Of a stretch of 64,000 bases of DNA, positions 19,630-29,630 are shown in pieces (the stretch's first letter is position 1; each line of letters begins with the position of its first letter). The stretch comes from an uncultured bacterium (GTDB lineage: Bacteria > Oederibacteriota > JAAXVQ01 > JAUVAV01): contig CAVQBK010000013.1 of NCBI GenBank assembly GCA_963710755.1, positions 128,001-192,000 on the forward strand. The letters are read 5' to 3'. A program made the position numbers and the translations under genes. The notes under the pieces are model-generated. The model did no database searches. It was not told the origin of the DNA and saw only the letters and a list, made by a program, of their open reading frames with translations.

Positions 19630-20367
19630 ATGATGTACTCCAACAGCCGGGAGTTTGGGGCCACCTCCTCCCTCAAGACAGAAACACTCACTGTGCATTG
19701 GGCTGCACTCTTTATTATGCCTGGGGTGTTCTTATTACTGTTTTTGCTTCCTGCTTTACTGCCTCTTGATGCCCAATGGTCTCGGTGGCTCTTGATCCCC
19801 CAACAGTGGCCTTGGTGGCATTTTGCTGTGATTTATATGGCCGCCGGCTTGCTGACCATTCCTAGAACCCTCATTGCCATAAGTGCCGGATTTTTTTTGG
19901 GATTAAAAGCAGGAATGATTGCCGCCTTTTCCGGTTGGCTGATAGCGTCTTTGGCGGCTTATATGATTGGTTTTTATTTGGCCGGCAAACTTTTACCCCA
20001 CTTTTTATTCATTAACAGCAATTTTAAAATTATTCAGCAGCAAGCGCAAAAACACGGATTCAAGACGGCTCTCCTTTGCCGGCTGTTGCCGGTCTTTCCC
20101 CTGGGGTGGTCGTCTTATGCATTGGGAAGTATGAAGGCGGGCTTTATGGATTATTTAGGCGGTTCTCTTCTGGGATCACTGCCTCTTACGTTAGCCTACG
20201 TCGGGCTGGGTCAAAGTGTCCGAGTAGCGGGCATCCTCCTATCCGGCGCACCATTGGACCTGGGGATGAAAGCTTATGCTCCCCTGGTGATGACCATACT
20301 CATGCTAGCCGCTGCTGTAACCTTTGGGGTTCATTTTAAAAGCCAGTTCGGTCCTGCAGCACGGTAG
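19630..20367 (+). CDS. TVP38/TMEM64 (DedA superfamily) membrane protein
   Basis: Hydrophobic; P...I...AGFFLG...G and RLLPVFP...SYALG motifs. Confidence 0.85.
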   Translation: MMYSNSREFGATSSLKTETLTVHWAALFIMPGVFLLLFLLPALLPLDAQWSRWLLIPQQWPWWHFAVIYMAAGLLTIPRTLIAISAGFFLGLKAGMIAAFSGWLIASLAAYMIGFYLAGKLLPHFLFINSNFKIIQQQAQKHGFKTALLCRLLPVFPLGWSSYALGSMKAGFMDYLGGSLLGSLPLTLAYVGLGQSVRVAGILLSGAPLDLGMKAYAPLVMTILMLAAAVTFGVHFKSQFGPAAR

Positions 20368-20419
20368 CCCTGGTCACTCATCCAAAAGGAATGGATGAAT
20401 TAGCCCTTGGCCAAGGGGG

Positions 20420-20448
20420 TTGACAAGCTTTGTTGAACCATGTAGTAT
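20420..20448 (+). promoter_or_regulatory. Sigma70-type promoter of marR-ablB-ablA
   Basis: TTGACA-17 nt-TAGTAT. Confidence 0.6.
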
Positions 20449-20493
20449 TTTCGAGGTCTAATTATTGGTATTGAAATGATTGGGAGTTTAACT

Positions 20494-21057
20494 ATGGCCG
20501 ATAAAGCCAAAGCCATTGCACCTGCGGTAAATCCTAAATTAACAGCCACCAGCACCAATAAAAATGTACGGGTATTGCAGGCGCTGCGAAGAATAGTGCG
20601 GGCCATTGAATTACACTCGAAAAAACTGGCTCATCAGTATCATATCACAGCTCCTCAGTTGGTCTGTTTAATCAAGCTCAGAGAAGACGGCCCTTTGACC
20701 ATTACAGCCCTTTCCCGGCTGGTTCATCTCAGTCCCAGCACGTTGGTTGGTATTATGGACCGGTTGGAAGAAAAGGCGCTGGTACAGCGCACACGCAGCA
20801 GCCATGACCGCCGGGTGGTGCATATCTCCATTACCGCCAAAGGCATCCTCCTGGCCGAACAAGCGCCTTCTCCCCTGCAAGACAAACTGGCTCAGGCCTT
20901 GGATCTGCTGCCGGAACTGGAACATTTGTCTATTACCCTGGCTTTGGAAAAAATTGTGGACTTGATGGAAGCCGGCCATATCGAAGGCGAACCGGTATTA
21001 AAAACCGGTCCAGTCCATCAACTCAGCGATGATCCTGACCACGCCGCAGAGCAATAA
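20494..21057 (+). CDS. MarR-family regulator (EctR/CosR-like)
   Basis: LRRIVRAIELHSKKL, ITAPQL, DRLEEKALVQR..S..DRR; start after GGGAG. Confidence 0.88.
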   Translation: MADKAKAIAPAVNPKLTATSTNKNVRVLQALRRIVRAIELHSKKLAHQYHITAPQLVCLIKLREDGPLTITALSRLVHLSPSTLVGIMDRLEEKALVQRTRSSHDRRVVHISITAKGILLAEQAPSPLQDKLAQALDLLPELEHLSITLALEKIVDLMEAGHIEGEPVLKTGPVHQLSDDPDHAAEQ

Positions 21058-21100
21058 CCCTTTTCAGACCACCTACTTCCAAAAACTTCAGAAATGAGTC

Positions 21101-22003
21101 ATGATGAACATTATTGATGGAAAGTTACATTTATCCGAACATCAAAGCGTTGATATCGTTTTGGGCGATTACAATCAAAGAATTAAGCTCTATGGTCTTA
21201 CCGGCACGGACCTCAACCAGGAGCGGCTGGAATGGCTGTGCCGCCAACAAAGCACCCTGGGTCATCCTTACGGCAAAATTATCGTTTATGCCCTGCCCGG
21301 CGGGGAAATGGACTGGCTGGCTATGGGTTTTGTAAAAGAAGGGGTAATTGGGGGTTTTTTTCGTAATCAGACCGACGCGGTTATCAGGTCTTATTTTATC
21401 GACCCCGACCGGCGCAGTGATGAGTTGCAAGCCAAACACGACAAATATGTGCAAATCGCCAGGGATAAAGCTTCTATTACGCCCGCCTGTCCAAAGGGCT
21501 TTACCTGCCATTTGGCCCAGCCCGAAGATGCTCCGGCAATTTCAGCGCTTCTAAAGCGGACTTTCAAGGATTACCCCTCCTCCCTGGAAGCGGATCACCT
21601 GCAAAAAGCAATGGCCAACCGGCACAACCACTTCCGTCTCATCCGCAACCACCGGCAACAGCTGGTGGCGGCCATGTCCGCTGAAATCGACCACGAACGA
21701 AGCAGCGCAGAAATGACGGATTGCGCTACGGACCCTGACTACCGCGGCTTGGGTCTGATGGCCTGCCTGCTTGGCCGTCTTGAGCAAGACTTACATAAAC
21801 AATTTGGCATCATCAATTTCTATACCTTGGCCCGGGCGGACATGCTCAGCATCAATTGCGTGTTCAGCAAACTGGACTACCATTACACGGGACGGCTGGT
21901 CAACAACTGCCGCATGCCCAATGGATGGGAGTCCATGAATATCTGGTGCAAAAGGTTATCACCAAAGGAGAACCATGGATCATCGCAGCCAGCGTCAAAA
22001 TGA
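21101..22003 (+). CDS. ablB: Beta-lysine N-acetyltransferase (GNAT)
   Basis: [43 protein letters not shown]; overlaps the aminomutase gene. Confidence 0.85.
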   Translation: MMNIIDGKLHLSEHQSVDIVLGDYNQRIKLYGLTGTDLNQERLEWLCRQQSTLGHPYGKIIVYALPGGEMDWLAMGFVKEGVIGGFFRNQTDAVIRSYFIDPDRRSDELQAKHDKYVQIARDKASITPACPKGFTCHLAQPEDAPAISALLKRTFKDYPSSLEADHLQKAMANRHNHFRLIRNHRQQLVAAMSAEIDHERSSAEMTDCATDPDYRGLGLMACLLGRLEQDLHKQFGIINFYTLARADMLSINCVFSKLDYHYTGRLVNNCRMPNGWESMNIWCKRLSPKENHGSSQPASK

Positions 22004-23300
22004 AATATCCAGTCAAATCAATGAGCATTCAGCCGCTACCAATGCCTCCCATTGGTATGACTGGCAGTGGCAATTGCGCCATTGCGTCAGAAATATGGAT
22101 CAATTTGAACACTTATTGGGGGTAACCTTTCCTGAAGAAAAGATGCGTCAACTAAAAGAAGCGGCCGCCAAATTTCCCATTTCCGTGACCCCTTACTATC
22201 TGTCTTTAATTGATACCACCGATCTGGAGAACGACCCGATCTTCAAGCAATCTTGTCCTTCTTCCCTGGAATTACAGACCATGCATCATGATTTGGCTGA
22301 TCCGCTTTCAGAGGACAAAGACAGCCCGGTCCCAGGCATCACCCACCGCTATCCGGACCGGGTGTTGTTTTTGGTTTCCAATACGTGCACCATGTATTGC
22401 CGGCATTGCACCCGCAAACGCAAGGTGGGTGAAAAAGACTCCATCCCCTCAAAAACAGCGGTCAAAAAAGGCCTGGAGTATATCCGGTCCACGCCGGCGG
22501 TACGCGATGTGCTACTCTCCGGCGGCGATCCCTTTTTGCTCCCCGATGATTATCTGGATTGGATTTTAACGGAATTACGCAAAATCAAACATGTGGAAAT
22601 TATCCGTATCGGCACCAGGACCCCGGTGGTACTTCCCTATCGCATCACCGACAATCTGGTGAACATGCTTAAACGCCATCACCCTCTGTGGATCAACACC
22701 CATTTTAACCATCCCCGGGAAATCACCAAATCATCGAGCATAGCCCTGGCCAAATTGGCTGATGCCGGCATCCCTCTAGGCAACCAGTCGGTGCTGCTGG
22801 CCGGGGTTAATGACTGCCCCAGAATCATGAAGCGGTTGATGCAAAAGCTGGTCCAGAACCGGGTGCGTCCCTATTACATGTATCAATGTGATCTTTCGGA
22901 AGGGCTGAATCATTTCCGTACGCCTGTGGGCAAAGGCATCGAAATTTTGGAGAGTCTTATTGGTCATACCAGCGGGTTGTGCGTACCGACGTATGTTATT
23001 GACGCACCCGGTGGCGGCGGCAAGATTCCCATCATGCCTCAGTATCTGATTTCCTGGTCCACCAATAAAGTGATCCTGCGTAATTATGAAGGCGTGATCA
23101 CCACTTATCGCGAGCCCGATTCGTACGAGCCCTTTTTCTGCAACCGCAATTGCGACCACTGCCAGTTACAGCTGAAGTTGGACCCCAAAGAGGATCCCGA
23201 AACCGTGGGGATCGAAAAACTGCTGGCCGATTACGATGAAACCATTGCCCTCGTTCCCAGCAACACGAGCCGTCTGAAACGGCGGCGCCGGAAGAGTTGA
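21975..23300 (+). CDS. ablA: Lysine 2,3-aminomutase (radical SAM, KamA/AblA)
   Basis: [37 protein letters not shown]. Confidence 0.95.
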   Translation: MDHRSQRQNEISSQINEHSAATNASHWYDWQWQLRHCVRNMDQFEHLLGVTFPEEKMRQLKEAAAKFPISVTPYYLSLIDTTDLENDPIFKQSCPSSLELQTMHHDLADPLSEDKDSPVPGITHRYPDRVLFLVSNTCTMYCRHCTRKRKVGEKDSIPSKTAVKKGLEYIRSTPAVRDVLLSGGDPFLLPDDYLDWILTELRKIKHVEIIRIGTRTPVVLPYRITDNLVNMLKRHHPLWINTHFNHPREITKSSSIALAKLADAGIPLGNQSVLLAGVNDCPRIMKRLMQKLVQNRVRPYYMYQCDLSEGLNHFRTPVGKGIEILESLIGHTSGLCVPTYVIDAPGGGGKIPIMPQYLISWSTNKVILRNYEGVITTYREPDSYEPFFCNRNCDHCQLQLKLDPKEDPETVGIEKLLADYDETIALVPSNTSRLKRRRRKS

Positions 23301-23309
23301 GCGGCCTGC

Positions 23310-23858
23310 TTATTTAATGGGCGCCACATAATAAATCATTTTAGCCTGCATATCATCCAATTCATAAGGTGTGTCCAGGGTGTAGCCTTTGGCTTGAGCG
23401 GCTTTCGTAAGCGCCGGATAACCCTTCATGGGCCCCAGACTGTAGGACAAGGCATTGCGCAAAGGAAACGCAGCCACCAGACAGAGACGCTGCTCCACGG
23501 TTTTAATCTGATAGCGGGTTTTCAATTCCTCTACTTTGGACAGATCGGCTTCAGGCACCACCAGGCCACAGTCGCTGCGCAATTTCATTTTATCCACCTT
23601 ACGGGGATCATCATAATAAATACCCAGTCCCAGGGTGGGGGTGATGCCTTCTTTTTGCACTTGATTGTAAACCCGCATGAACACTTTGCCTGTATCCTGG
23701 TAAGGTCCTTGGTAGGCTTCATACACCATGGTGTAGGGCCCCATGGTTTTTTCTGAAACGGCAAGTGAGGAAAACATGCCCATATAACCCAGAAACGCAG
23801 CCAGCCCAATGGCCAGACCCAACAGCGCCACACTCGTCACTGCCAGTATTTTTCTCAT
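23310..23858 (-). CDS. Membrane-anchored GyrI-like small-molecule-binding protein
   Basis: N-terminal TM; GPYQDTG, GIYYDDP, LRSDCG motifs. Confidence 0.8.
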   Translation of the reverse strand: MRKILAVTSVALLGLAIGLAAFLGYMGMFSSLAVSEKTMGPYTMVYEAYQGPYQDTGKVFMRVYNQVQKEGITPTLGLGIYYDDPRKVDKMKLRSDCGLVVPEADLSKVEELKTRYQIKTVEQRLCLVAAFPLRNALSYSLGPMKGYPALTKAAQAKGYTLDTPYELDDMQAKMIYYVAPIK

Positions 23859-23972
23859 GATACACTCCTTGGTTTGTGAGACTATGCCTGCACCCAGCCT
23901 CGCCCCGCCAAAAATTTGGAGAGAGGGATTGCAAGGTATTGTATGCCATGGTCATGGCGGGGTCCATAAAAT

Positions 23973-25673
23973 TTAAGATTTCGGCATTTTTTTTAAAAAT
24001 TCGAAATTACAGATGCGAATATCGGGCTGGCCGCAATGGTCGCGAATCACCCTGCGTTCCTTATTAACAGAAATGAGCAAATGCTTGCCGCTCAGGTTTA
24101 GGTCTTCAACGCCCACCCGCTGCAGTTTTTCTTTGGTTAATTGAATGATATTAAAGTACTCTTCCCGCGTAATAATACCTTCACGGTAGGCATACAGGGT
24201 GTTAATGCCTTCGCAAAAATCATCTTCTGCCTCTGCCAGACGTTCATCAGGCCCGTTCCAATAGCCCCAGATAATGATGTAATGGCGGTCCTTCATGAGG
24301 ATGGGCTTACCATCCGGGGTGGTAAGCGGTTTATGGGTTTCATAACGCTGATTGTCAAAAAAACGGTCAATAATGTCACTCTTGTTGGCCATCATATAAA
24401 TGGCCCGGGGATAAATGGTAGCCACACCCTTTTGGTTTAATTCCACGGCCAGTTGAACTTCTTCAAAGGGACTATTGTACCCGTATTCCAGAATTTTGCG
24501 CTCATCATCCAAAAAAGGGTCCATATCGGGGACCAGTCCCACCTTGGACACTTCCCACACCACATGCAGGTTGTCTTTGGTAATAGTGTAATAACTCTCA
24601 CTGAACATGGATATTTTAGTACGTTTGGTGCTTTCCCAGCGTTCGGGCATGAAAAAATCGAACAGAAATGGGTCTTTTCCCACCACCCACAGACGGCCTT
24701 TGGTGCTTTCCACTTGGCCAAAAATATAGTCCACATCAAAAATACGCATGTGGTTCAACCCATCGTTGATAGTGATCGGCACTTCAATGGCAAAACGATT
24801 TTTCTGCCGGCGGTGATAATCCTTACGCTTTACTTTTTTCAAAATCCGCTCTTTTTCTTCCGTACGTGCCAGCAGTTCAAAATCAATCAGGGCGTAGTGT
24901 TCAGTCGGACATGAATGTTGGTCGCGGCCGTTCAGGCGCTGAGGATCGACCACCACATGGTTGGGCTTGTTATCGCGCACCACAAACCCCAGCCGGCTAA
25001 GCTTCTCCGCAGCATCAGCCGCCAAATTCCGGGCCTGCTCCCCGTTGATCAGGCGGTTTTCAAAAGCCAGGGCCGCGTCCATACCATCCACCCATTGATA
25101 AATCATCATATAGAGCCGGTTCATGTCCAGGTCTACATCCACATGTTGGCTGATGAGCATTTTCATTTTGTATTCGCTTCTGCCGGTTTGCCACAATTTA
25201 TGCCGCTGAGCGGGCACATAGATGGCCAAGGGTTTCTGGATGGCAATCAAGTAAGGCGAGTCTATAACTGCGTCCTGCAGCTGTTGCACCAGGGCAAATT
25301 CTTCAAAGGGACTGTTAAAACGGGCATGAAGTAAATCTTCGTAAATTTCAGCTCCGGGAATCTCCTCACCCATGCGGTTCCATTTAATCACCAGGTCATG
25401 GTCGCGGTTGTCGATCGCTTTGGTCCTAACCTTGTAAACACAACTGGTACCGGCCAAACGCTGGGCATGTTCCTTGAACCAGGGACTCTCGGCCTTGAAA
25501 TCCATGGGATTGTGCGCATTCAAAATGGGCAACCCCTCGCGGGTGATGAAAAAATCATCGTCATTTCCCATCCTGATATGGGCATACTCCACATCGAAAA
25601 TAGTTCTCACGCCAAAGGCTTGCTGGCCTTGTTTGCTCTCGTACCAGCTTCTGATCAAATCATCCTTAATCAT
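23973..25673 (-). CDS. Hypothetical protein with two tandem kinase-like domains
   Basis: Two halves each with NSPFEE and P.AIY; first has DNKPNH and IDFELL, second NLSGKH and CNFEFL. Confidence 0.65.
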   Translation of the reverse strand: MIKDDLIRSWYESKQGQQAFGVRTIFDVEYAHIRMGNDDDFFITREGLPILNAHNPMDFKAESPWFKEHAQRLAGTSCVYKVRTKAIDNRDHDLVIKWNRMGEEIPGAEIYEDLLHARFNSPFEEFALVQQLQDAVIDSPYLIAIQKPLAIYVPAQRHKLWQTGRSEYKMKMLISQHVDVDLDMNRLYMMIYQWVDGMDAALAFENRLINGEQARNLAADAAEKLSRLGFVVRDNKPNHVVVDPQRLNGRDQHSCPTEHYALIDFELLARTEEKERILKKVKRKDYHRRQKNRFAIEVPITINDGLNHMRIFDVDYIFGQVESTKGRLWVVGKDPFLFDFFMPERWESTKRTKISMFSESYYTITKDNLHVVWEVSKVGLVPDMDPFLDDERKILEYGYNSPFEEVQLAVELNQKGVATIYPRAIYMMANKSDIIDRFFDNQRYETHKPLTTPDGKPILMKDRHYIIIWGYWNGPDERLAEAEDDFCEGINTLYAYREGIITREEYFNIIQLTKEKLQRVGVEDLNLSGKHLLISVNKERRVIRDHCGQPDIRICNFEFLKKMPKS

Positions 25674-25767
25674 TCGTCTTTTACTCCTTAGTTGCCCAGC
25701 CGTAGGCGTTCTTTCCAGCTAATATCTTTACCAGGTTTTACGGAGGGAACCATTCTGCCGGCTCAGC

Positions 25768-26181
25768 TTACAAATCAAAATAAACTTCCCCTTCCCATTT
25801 TCCTTGATTAACAGACACCTTCAACTGGTGGTAAGTGGCGCTTTTAATTTCACGTACCAAAGTCCCCTCGCCCAGAATGGCAAACGAGCCGTCTACTGTG
25901 AGCTCGTGGCCCTGCTCCTCTTGTTCCACCTTAATCCGCCCTGCAATCATATGATGGACTGTGGCCTCATAAATAAGTTCGTTTAAAAAGTGGACCAACA
26001 ACTCCTGCTCATCTTCTCCTATTAAAACTATAGTCTTTCGTTGAACCGGACCGGCCGGCAGCCGGACAGTCATGATGGCGTTCAACCCTGCGGCCGCCTC
26101 CTGATAAAAACTTTCCCGCGAGTATGCCCATACCCTCAAACCCATGTCCGCCGTATGCTCCAACAGCTCAAACCCTTTCAT
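25768..26181 (-). CDS. Archease
   Basis: EHTAD, LNELIY, EIKSATYH, C-terminal FDL; start overlaps rtcB stop. Confidence 0.93.
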   Translation of the reverse strand: MKGFELLEHTADMGLRVWAYSRESFYQEAAAGLNAIMTVRLPAGPVQRKTIVLIGEDEQELLVHFLNELIYEATVHHMIAGRIKVEQEEQGHELTVDGSFAILGEGTLVREIKSATYHQLKVSVNQGKWEGEVYFDL

Positions 26182-27644
26182 CCCTTGATCACGCCCATAG
26201 GAACCAGCCGTGCGGCCTTTTTGGACAATCCCAGGCGATGGGCCACCTCCACCACCCGGTCAATTTCTTTGTATGCTCCGGGCGCCTCCTCCACCAAGGT
26301 CTTGCGGTTATGCGCCATTACCTCTATGCCTTTGGCTGCTAAAGCCGGCAGCAGAGTCTGATGCTTAAATTTTTTCAAAGCACCCTGCCGGGAAAGCACC
26401 CTGCCCGCACCGTGCGCAGTGGAACCAAAGGACAACGTCATGGCCTGGGGGGCGCCGACAGCCACATAAGACGCGGTGCCCATGCTGCCAGGAATTAATA
26501 CCGGCTGACCGAGGTGACGGTAATCGGCAGGCACGTCACTATGATCGGCAGGAAAAGAGCGGGTAGCGCCTTTGCGGTGGACACATACCGGCAGGATTTG
26601 GCCTCCTACTTGGTGGTTTTCAATTTTGGCGATATTATGGGCCACATCATAAACCAATCTTAGTCCCAAAGCACCCCAGCTTTTTTGAAACACTTTCTCA
26701 AAGCTCTCCCTGACCCAATGAGTAATACATTGCCGGTTGGCCCAGGCATAATTGGCGGCTGCTGCCATAGCCGCCAGGTAATCTTGGCCTTCCCTGGACT
26801 TGACCGGCGCGCAGGCCAATTGCCGATCCGGCAGCTCGATGCCATAGTAGCGTGCAGACTGAATAAAAAGAGGTAAAAAATCATCGCATACTTGATAGCC
26901 CAATCCCCGGGACCCGCAATGAATCAAAATGCATATCTGACCCTTTTCCAGACCAAGGCCGCGGGCAACCTCTGAATCAAAGAGCTCATCCACCTTTTGG
27001 ATTTCCAAAAAGTGGTTGCCCGAGCCCAAGGTACCCAGTTGCTGTGCTCCCCGTTCTTTGGCGCGTGTGCTGACGAGGTCATCATCAGCATTGGCTATGA
27101 CGCCCTGGCTTTCGGTATGAGCCAGATCTTCATCCGTGCCAAAACCTTGCTCCACCGCCCAAGCGGCGCCCCGGTGCAAGACTTGGTTCATCATGGACGG
27201 CTTCAGGTTTATGCGGCCTTTGCTGCCCACGCCGCTGGGAACGGCTTGGTACAACGCCTTGACCAAGGCTTCCAAACGTGGCCGCAGGTCTTCTTCCCGC
27301 AAATCGGACCGTATTAGGCGTACTCCGCAGTTGATGTCATAGCCCACCCCGCCGGGAGAGACAATGCCGGTCTCTACATCAAATGCCGCCACCCCGCCGA
27401 TGGGAAATCCATAACCCCAATGGATATCGGGCATGGCCAGAGCCCGGCCCACAATGCCCGGTAAGCAGGCCACATGGTGTACTTGTTCCAGGGCCTTATC
27501 CTGCATGGCCGCTTGCACAAGCTGCTCATCAGCAAATACTAGCCCATCAACCTTCATATTTGGGTGATCCTGCCTGCTGATAAGCCATTGAAAAGGGGCA
27601 ATTTCTTTCAAGGCGCCGATGGAATGGAGGTCTGGTTTAGCCAT
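26178..27644 (-). CDS. rtcB: RtcB RNA ligase
   Basis: PDIHWGYGFPIG, DINCG, GNHFLE, HCGSRG, HRKGAT, PGSMG, HGAGR, EEAPGAYK. Confidence 0.97.
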   Translation of the reverse strand: MAKPDLHSIGALKEIAPFQWLISRQDHPNMKVDGLVFADEQLVQAAMQDKALEQVHHVACLPGIVGRALAMPDIHWGYGFPIGGVAAFDVETGIVSPGGVGYDINCGVRLIRSDLREEDLRPRLEALVKALYQAVPSGVGSKGRINLKPSMMNQVLHRGAAWAVEQGFGTDEDLAHTESQGVIANADDDLVSTRAKERGAQQLGTLGSGNHFLEIQKVDELFDSEVARGLGLEKGQICILIHCGSRGLGYQVCDDFLPLFIQSARYYGIELPDRQLACAPVKSREGQDYLAAMAAAANYAWANRQCITHWVRESFEKVFQKSWGALGLRLVYDVAHNIAKIENHQVGGQILPVCVHRKGATRSFPADHSDVPADYRHLGQPVLIPGSMGTASYVAVGAPQAMTLSFGSTAHGAGRVLSRQGALKKFKHQTLLPALAAKGIEVMAHNRKTLVEEAPGAYKEIDRVVEVAHRLGLSKKAARLVPMGVIKG

Positions 27645-27827
27645 GGGTAACCTCTTTTGGCTTTAAATAATCCGCCTCGGTCAGGATTAGAACTACCGCA
27701 TTTTGATAGAAATCATCACACCTTTTAAAGAGGCTGTCAATGGAAGGAAGAGGATTTTCATATGAATTTTAATTGAAATTAATATAAATATGTTTTATTA
27801 AGAAAAACAGTGAAAAAAAATTATATC

Positions 27828-27876
27828 ATCACAATAAAATACCCCGCAATTTAATTGCGGGGTATTTTATTGTGAT
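27828..27876. terminator. Perfect 23-bp inverted repeat, probable intrinsic terminator
   Basis: ATCACAATAAAATACCCCGCAAT-TTA-ATTGCGGGGTATTTTATTGTGAT, 22 bp downstream of the stop of 27899..28357. Confidence 0.8.
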
Positions 27877-27898
27877 TTAACCAACCAGGTTTATTGGA

Positions 27899-28357
27899 CT
27901 AATTCCAATTAACGTTTGGTATTTGATAAATGTATGGTGTCTCAGGTTGTGTATCTTTGGTATAAGTTGGCGATGACCCAATTTCAACATCATTTTCATA
28001 AATCGTAATCTTGGCATTACCACCATCCAACACAGCAAATCCGCCACCCACTCCAGGACATTGATTATGTCCGATAGTAATTGTTGTTTCCCAAGGTAAA
28101 GCAACCATACCAACTTGCACTTCGTTGCCCCAAGAGTCACCATAACCAACAAAGCATTGTTGAGAAGTGCCAGTGACAGCAATTTTAATTTGCGAAGTGG
28201 GCACGGCAAAGGTAGGCGTTGCGGTAGCAGTCGGCATTGTGGTCGGTGTAGCGGTAGGATCGGCCGGTTTGGGATCAGTTGGTGATTCGGAACAGCTCGC
28301 AATCATCATTCCCAGACAAGCAGCGGCCACCATGGTAATAAACAAGTTTCTTTTCAT
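27899..28357 (-). CDS. Lipoprotein with Pro/Thr-rich linker and small beta domain
   Basis: Lipobox MIASC, then PTATPTTMPTATATPT. Confidence 0.75.
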   Translation of the reverse strand: MKRNLFITMVAAACLGMMIASCSESPTDPKPADPTATPTTMPTATATPTFAVPTSQIKIAVTGTSQQCFVGYGDSWGNEVQVGMVALPWETTITIGHNQCPGVGGGFAVLDGGNAKITIYENDVEIGSSPTYTKDTQPETPYIYQIPNVNWN

Positions 28358-28465
28358 TGCTTTCCCCTTTCAATTCGATGATTTTTTCTTTCTTAATCAA
28401 CTTTATTATCGTGATCATCACGACTCGACTTTAGGACTATAATTTTTTTTTTTACCGTCGTCTAA

Positions 28466-29044
28466 TTACTGCCAATGATAATTGATGACACATGAGGCAT
28501 GGCCATCGGCCACGCATTTAGGATGATCCCAGACCAGGTTTTGTGCGCCCGCAAATTCCAGAACCGCGCTAGTCCATCCGATAGTGCCCAAACAACCCGC
28601 CCGTCCGTAGACGTCGGCCCCCACCAATTCAAGGGACAACATCGTCGCGCTTTTATAGATGATATTGACCAGCCCGGCATTGAAATAATGCCTCCAGGCT
28701 GAGGGCAATTGACCGGCCACAAAGGCGGGAGAACCGATTTTTAAAAATAATTTCATAAACGTGGAAAAATCTTTTTGGGCGACAAATCGGGCGCCTTGGA
28801 TAAAGGCGTCCTCCTTTCCCTCGCCCCAGAGACGGTTGCAGACCTCATAAAGATGCAGATAGAGTTCCGCCGGATACCAGGCCACTTGCGGCATTTTTCC
28901 AACAGACCAAAGCTCTTTTTCCGAAGGTGATAATTCTCCTAAGAAATCTTTCAATCCCGTTCGGCCATATTGGCTGATAATCCATTCCCTGGTGCCGCTG
29001 AATATTAATCCTTTGACTGATCCTCTGCCCTTATCCGTTGTCAT
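28466..29044 (-). CDS. DUF2378/TIGR02265-like (V4R/HNOB-related) protein
   Basis: VKGLIF, WYP, WRHYF..G, C-terminal C...G...C.....W pattern; start MTTDKG after GAAGGAG. Confidence 0.65.
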   Translation of the reverse strand: MTTDKGRGSVKGLIFSGTREWIISQYGRTGLKDFLGELSPSEKELWSVGKMPQVAWYPAELYLHLYEVCNRLWGEGKEDAFIQGARFVAQKDFSTFMKLFLKIGSPAFVAGQLPSAWRHYFNAGLVNIIYKSATMLSLELVGADVYGRAGCLGTIGWTSAVLEFAGAQNLVWDHPKCVADGHASCVINYHWQ

Positions 29045-29630
29045 GATTGCTCCTTCAAATGACTTAGGGTTAGTATCGTATTGGATAGGCAGGAAATTAA
29101 ATGGACAGATGGCCAGGCCGAGGAAATCGAGCTTGAAACTTACAAGCAATTTGGGGATGCCGGAGATAATGAAGGGGTAAACTCAAGAGTTCTTAGGTTA
29201 TAAATGGCTGGAAGTGTAATAACTCAAACTTGATCTGACAAGTAATGTCCACACCGTTGAGAAAACAGTGCCGCAGTAGGATGAGCTTTTCATGTTGATT
29301 TTATTTTGTCAGGTCTATTTCGAAAGACAACTGTGATTGTGGGTGGCCTCAGCTTGCGAAACGATGATAAAATTAATCCTTTTTGCAAATACTTTTCCAA
29401 AAGATCTAACGGAGCAATTTTTAAAACAAAAAAGATAAATCTTGGAACTTAATGCCTTCCTGTAATAAGCATGCTACGATGAAAATGCAGCACTGACCAT
29501 AATTGTGAAATAAATTTCGGATTATCACACTTGAAGTCTGGAGTCGCGGCACCATGATAAGGCAAAGTTCAAGGGGTGAGCCCTATCACAGCAATGTTTG
29601 CGGCAAGAATACTGATAAAAGCGTTTATGC

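Noticed and set aside
21975-23300. EF-P modification enzyme EpmB or lysine fermentation gene
   Set aside because: Coupled to an AblB-like acetyltransferase, with no efp/epmA or kamDE nearby.
23925-23950. TGGCA...TTGCA as a sigma54 promoter on the minus strand
   Set aside because: GG-to-GC spacing is 13 nt rather than the required 10.
29180-29630. 450-bp gap after giant 2 as a riboswitch or ncRNA (c-di-GMP switch considered because of the HD-GYP)
   Set aside because: No recognisable aptamer motif by eye; an Rfam/Infernal scan is needed.
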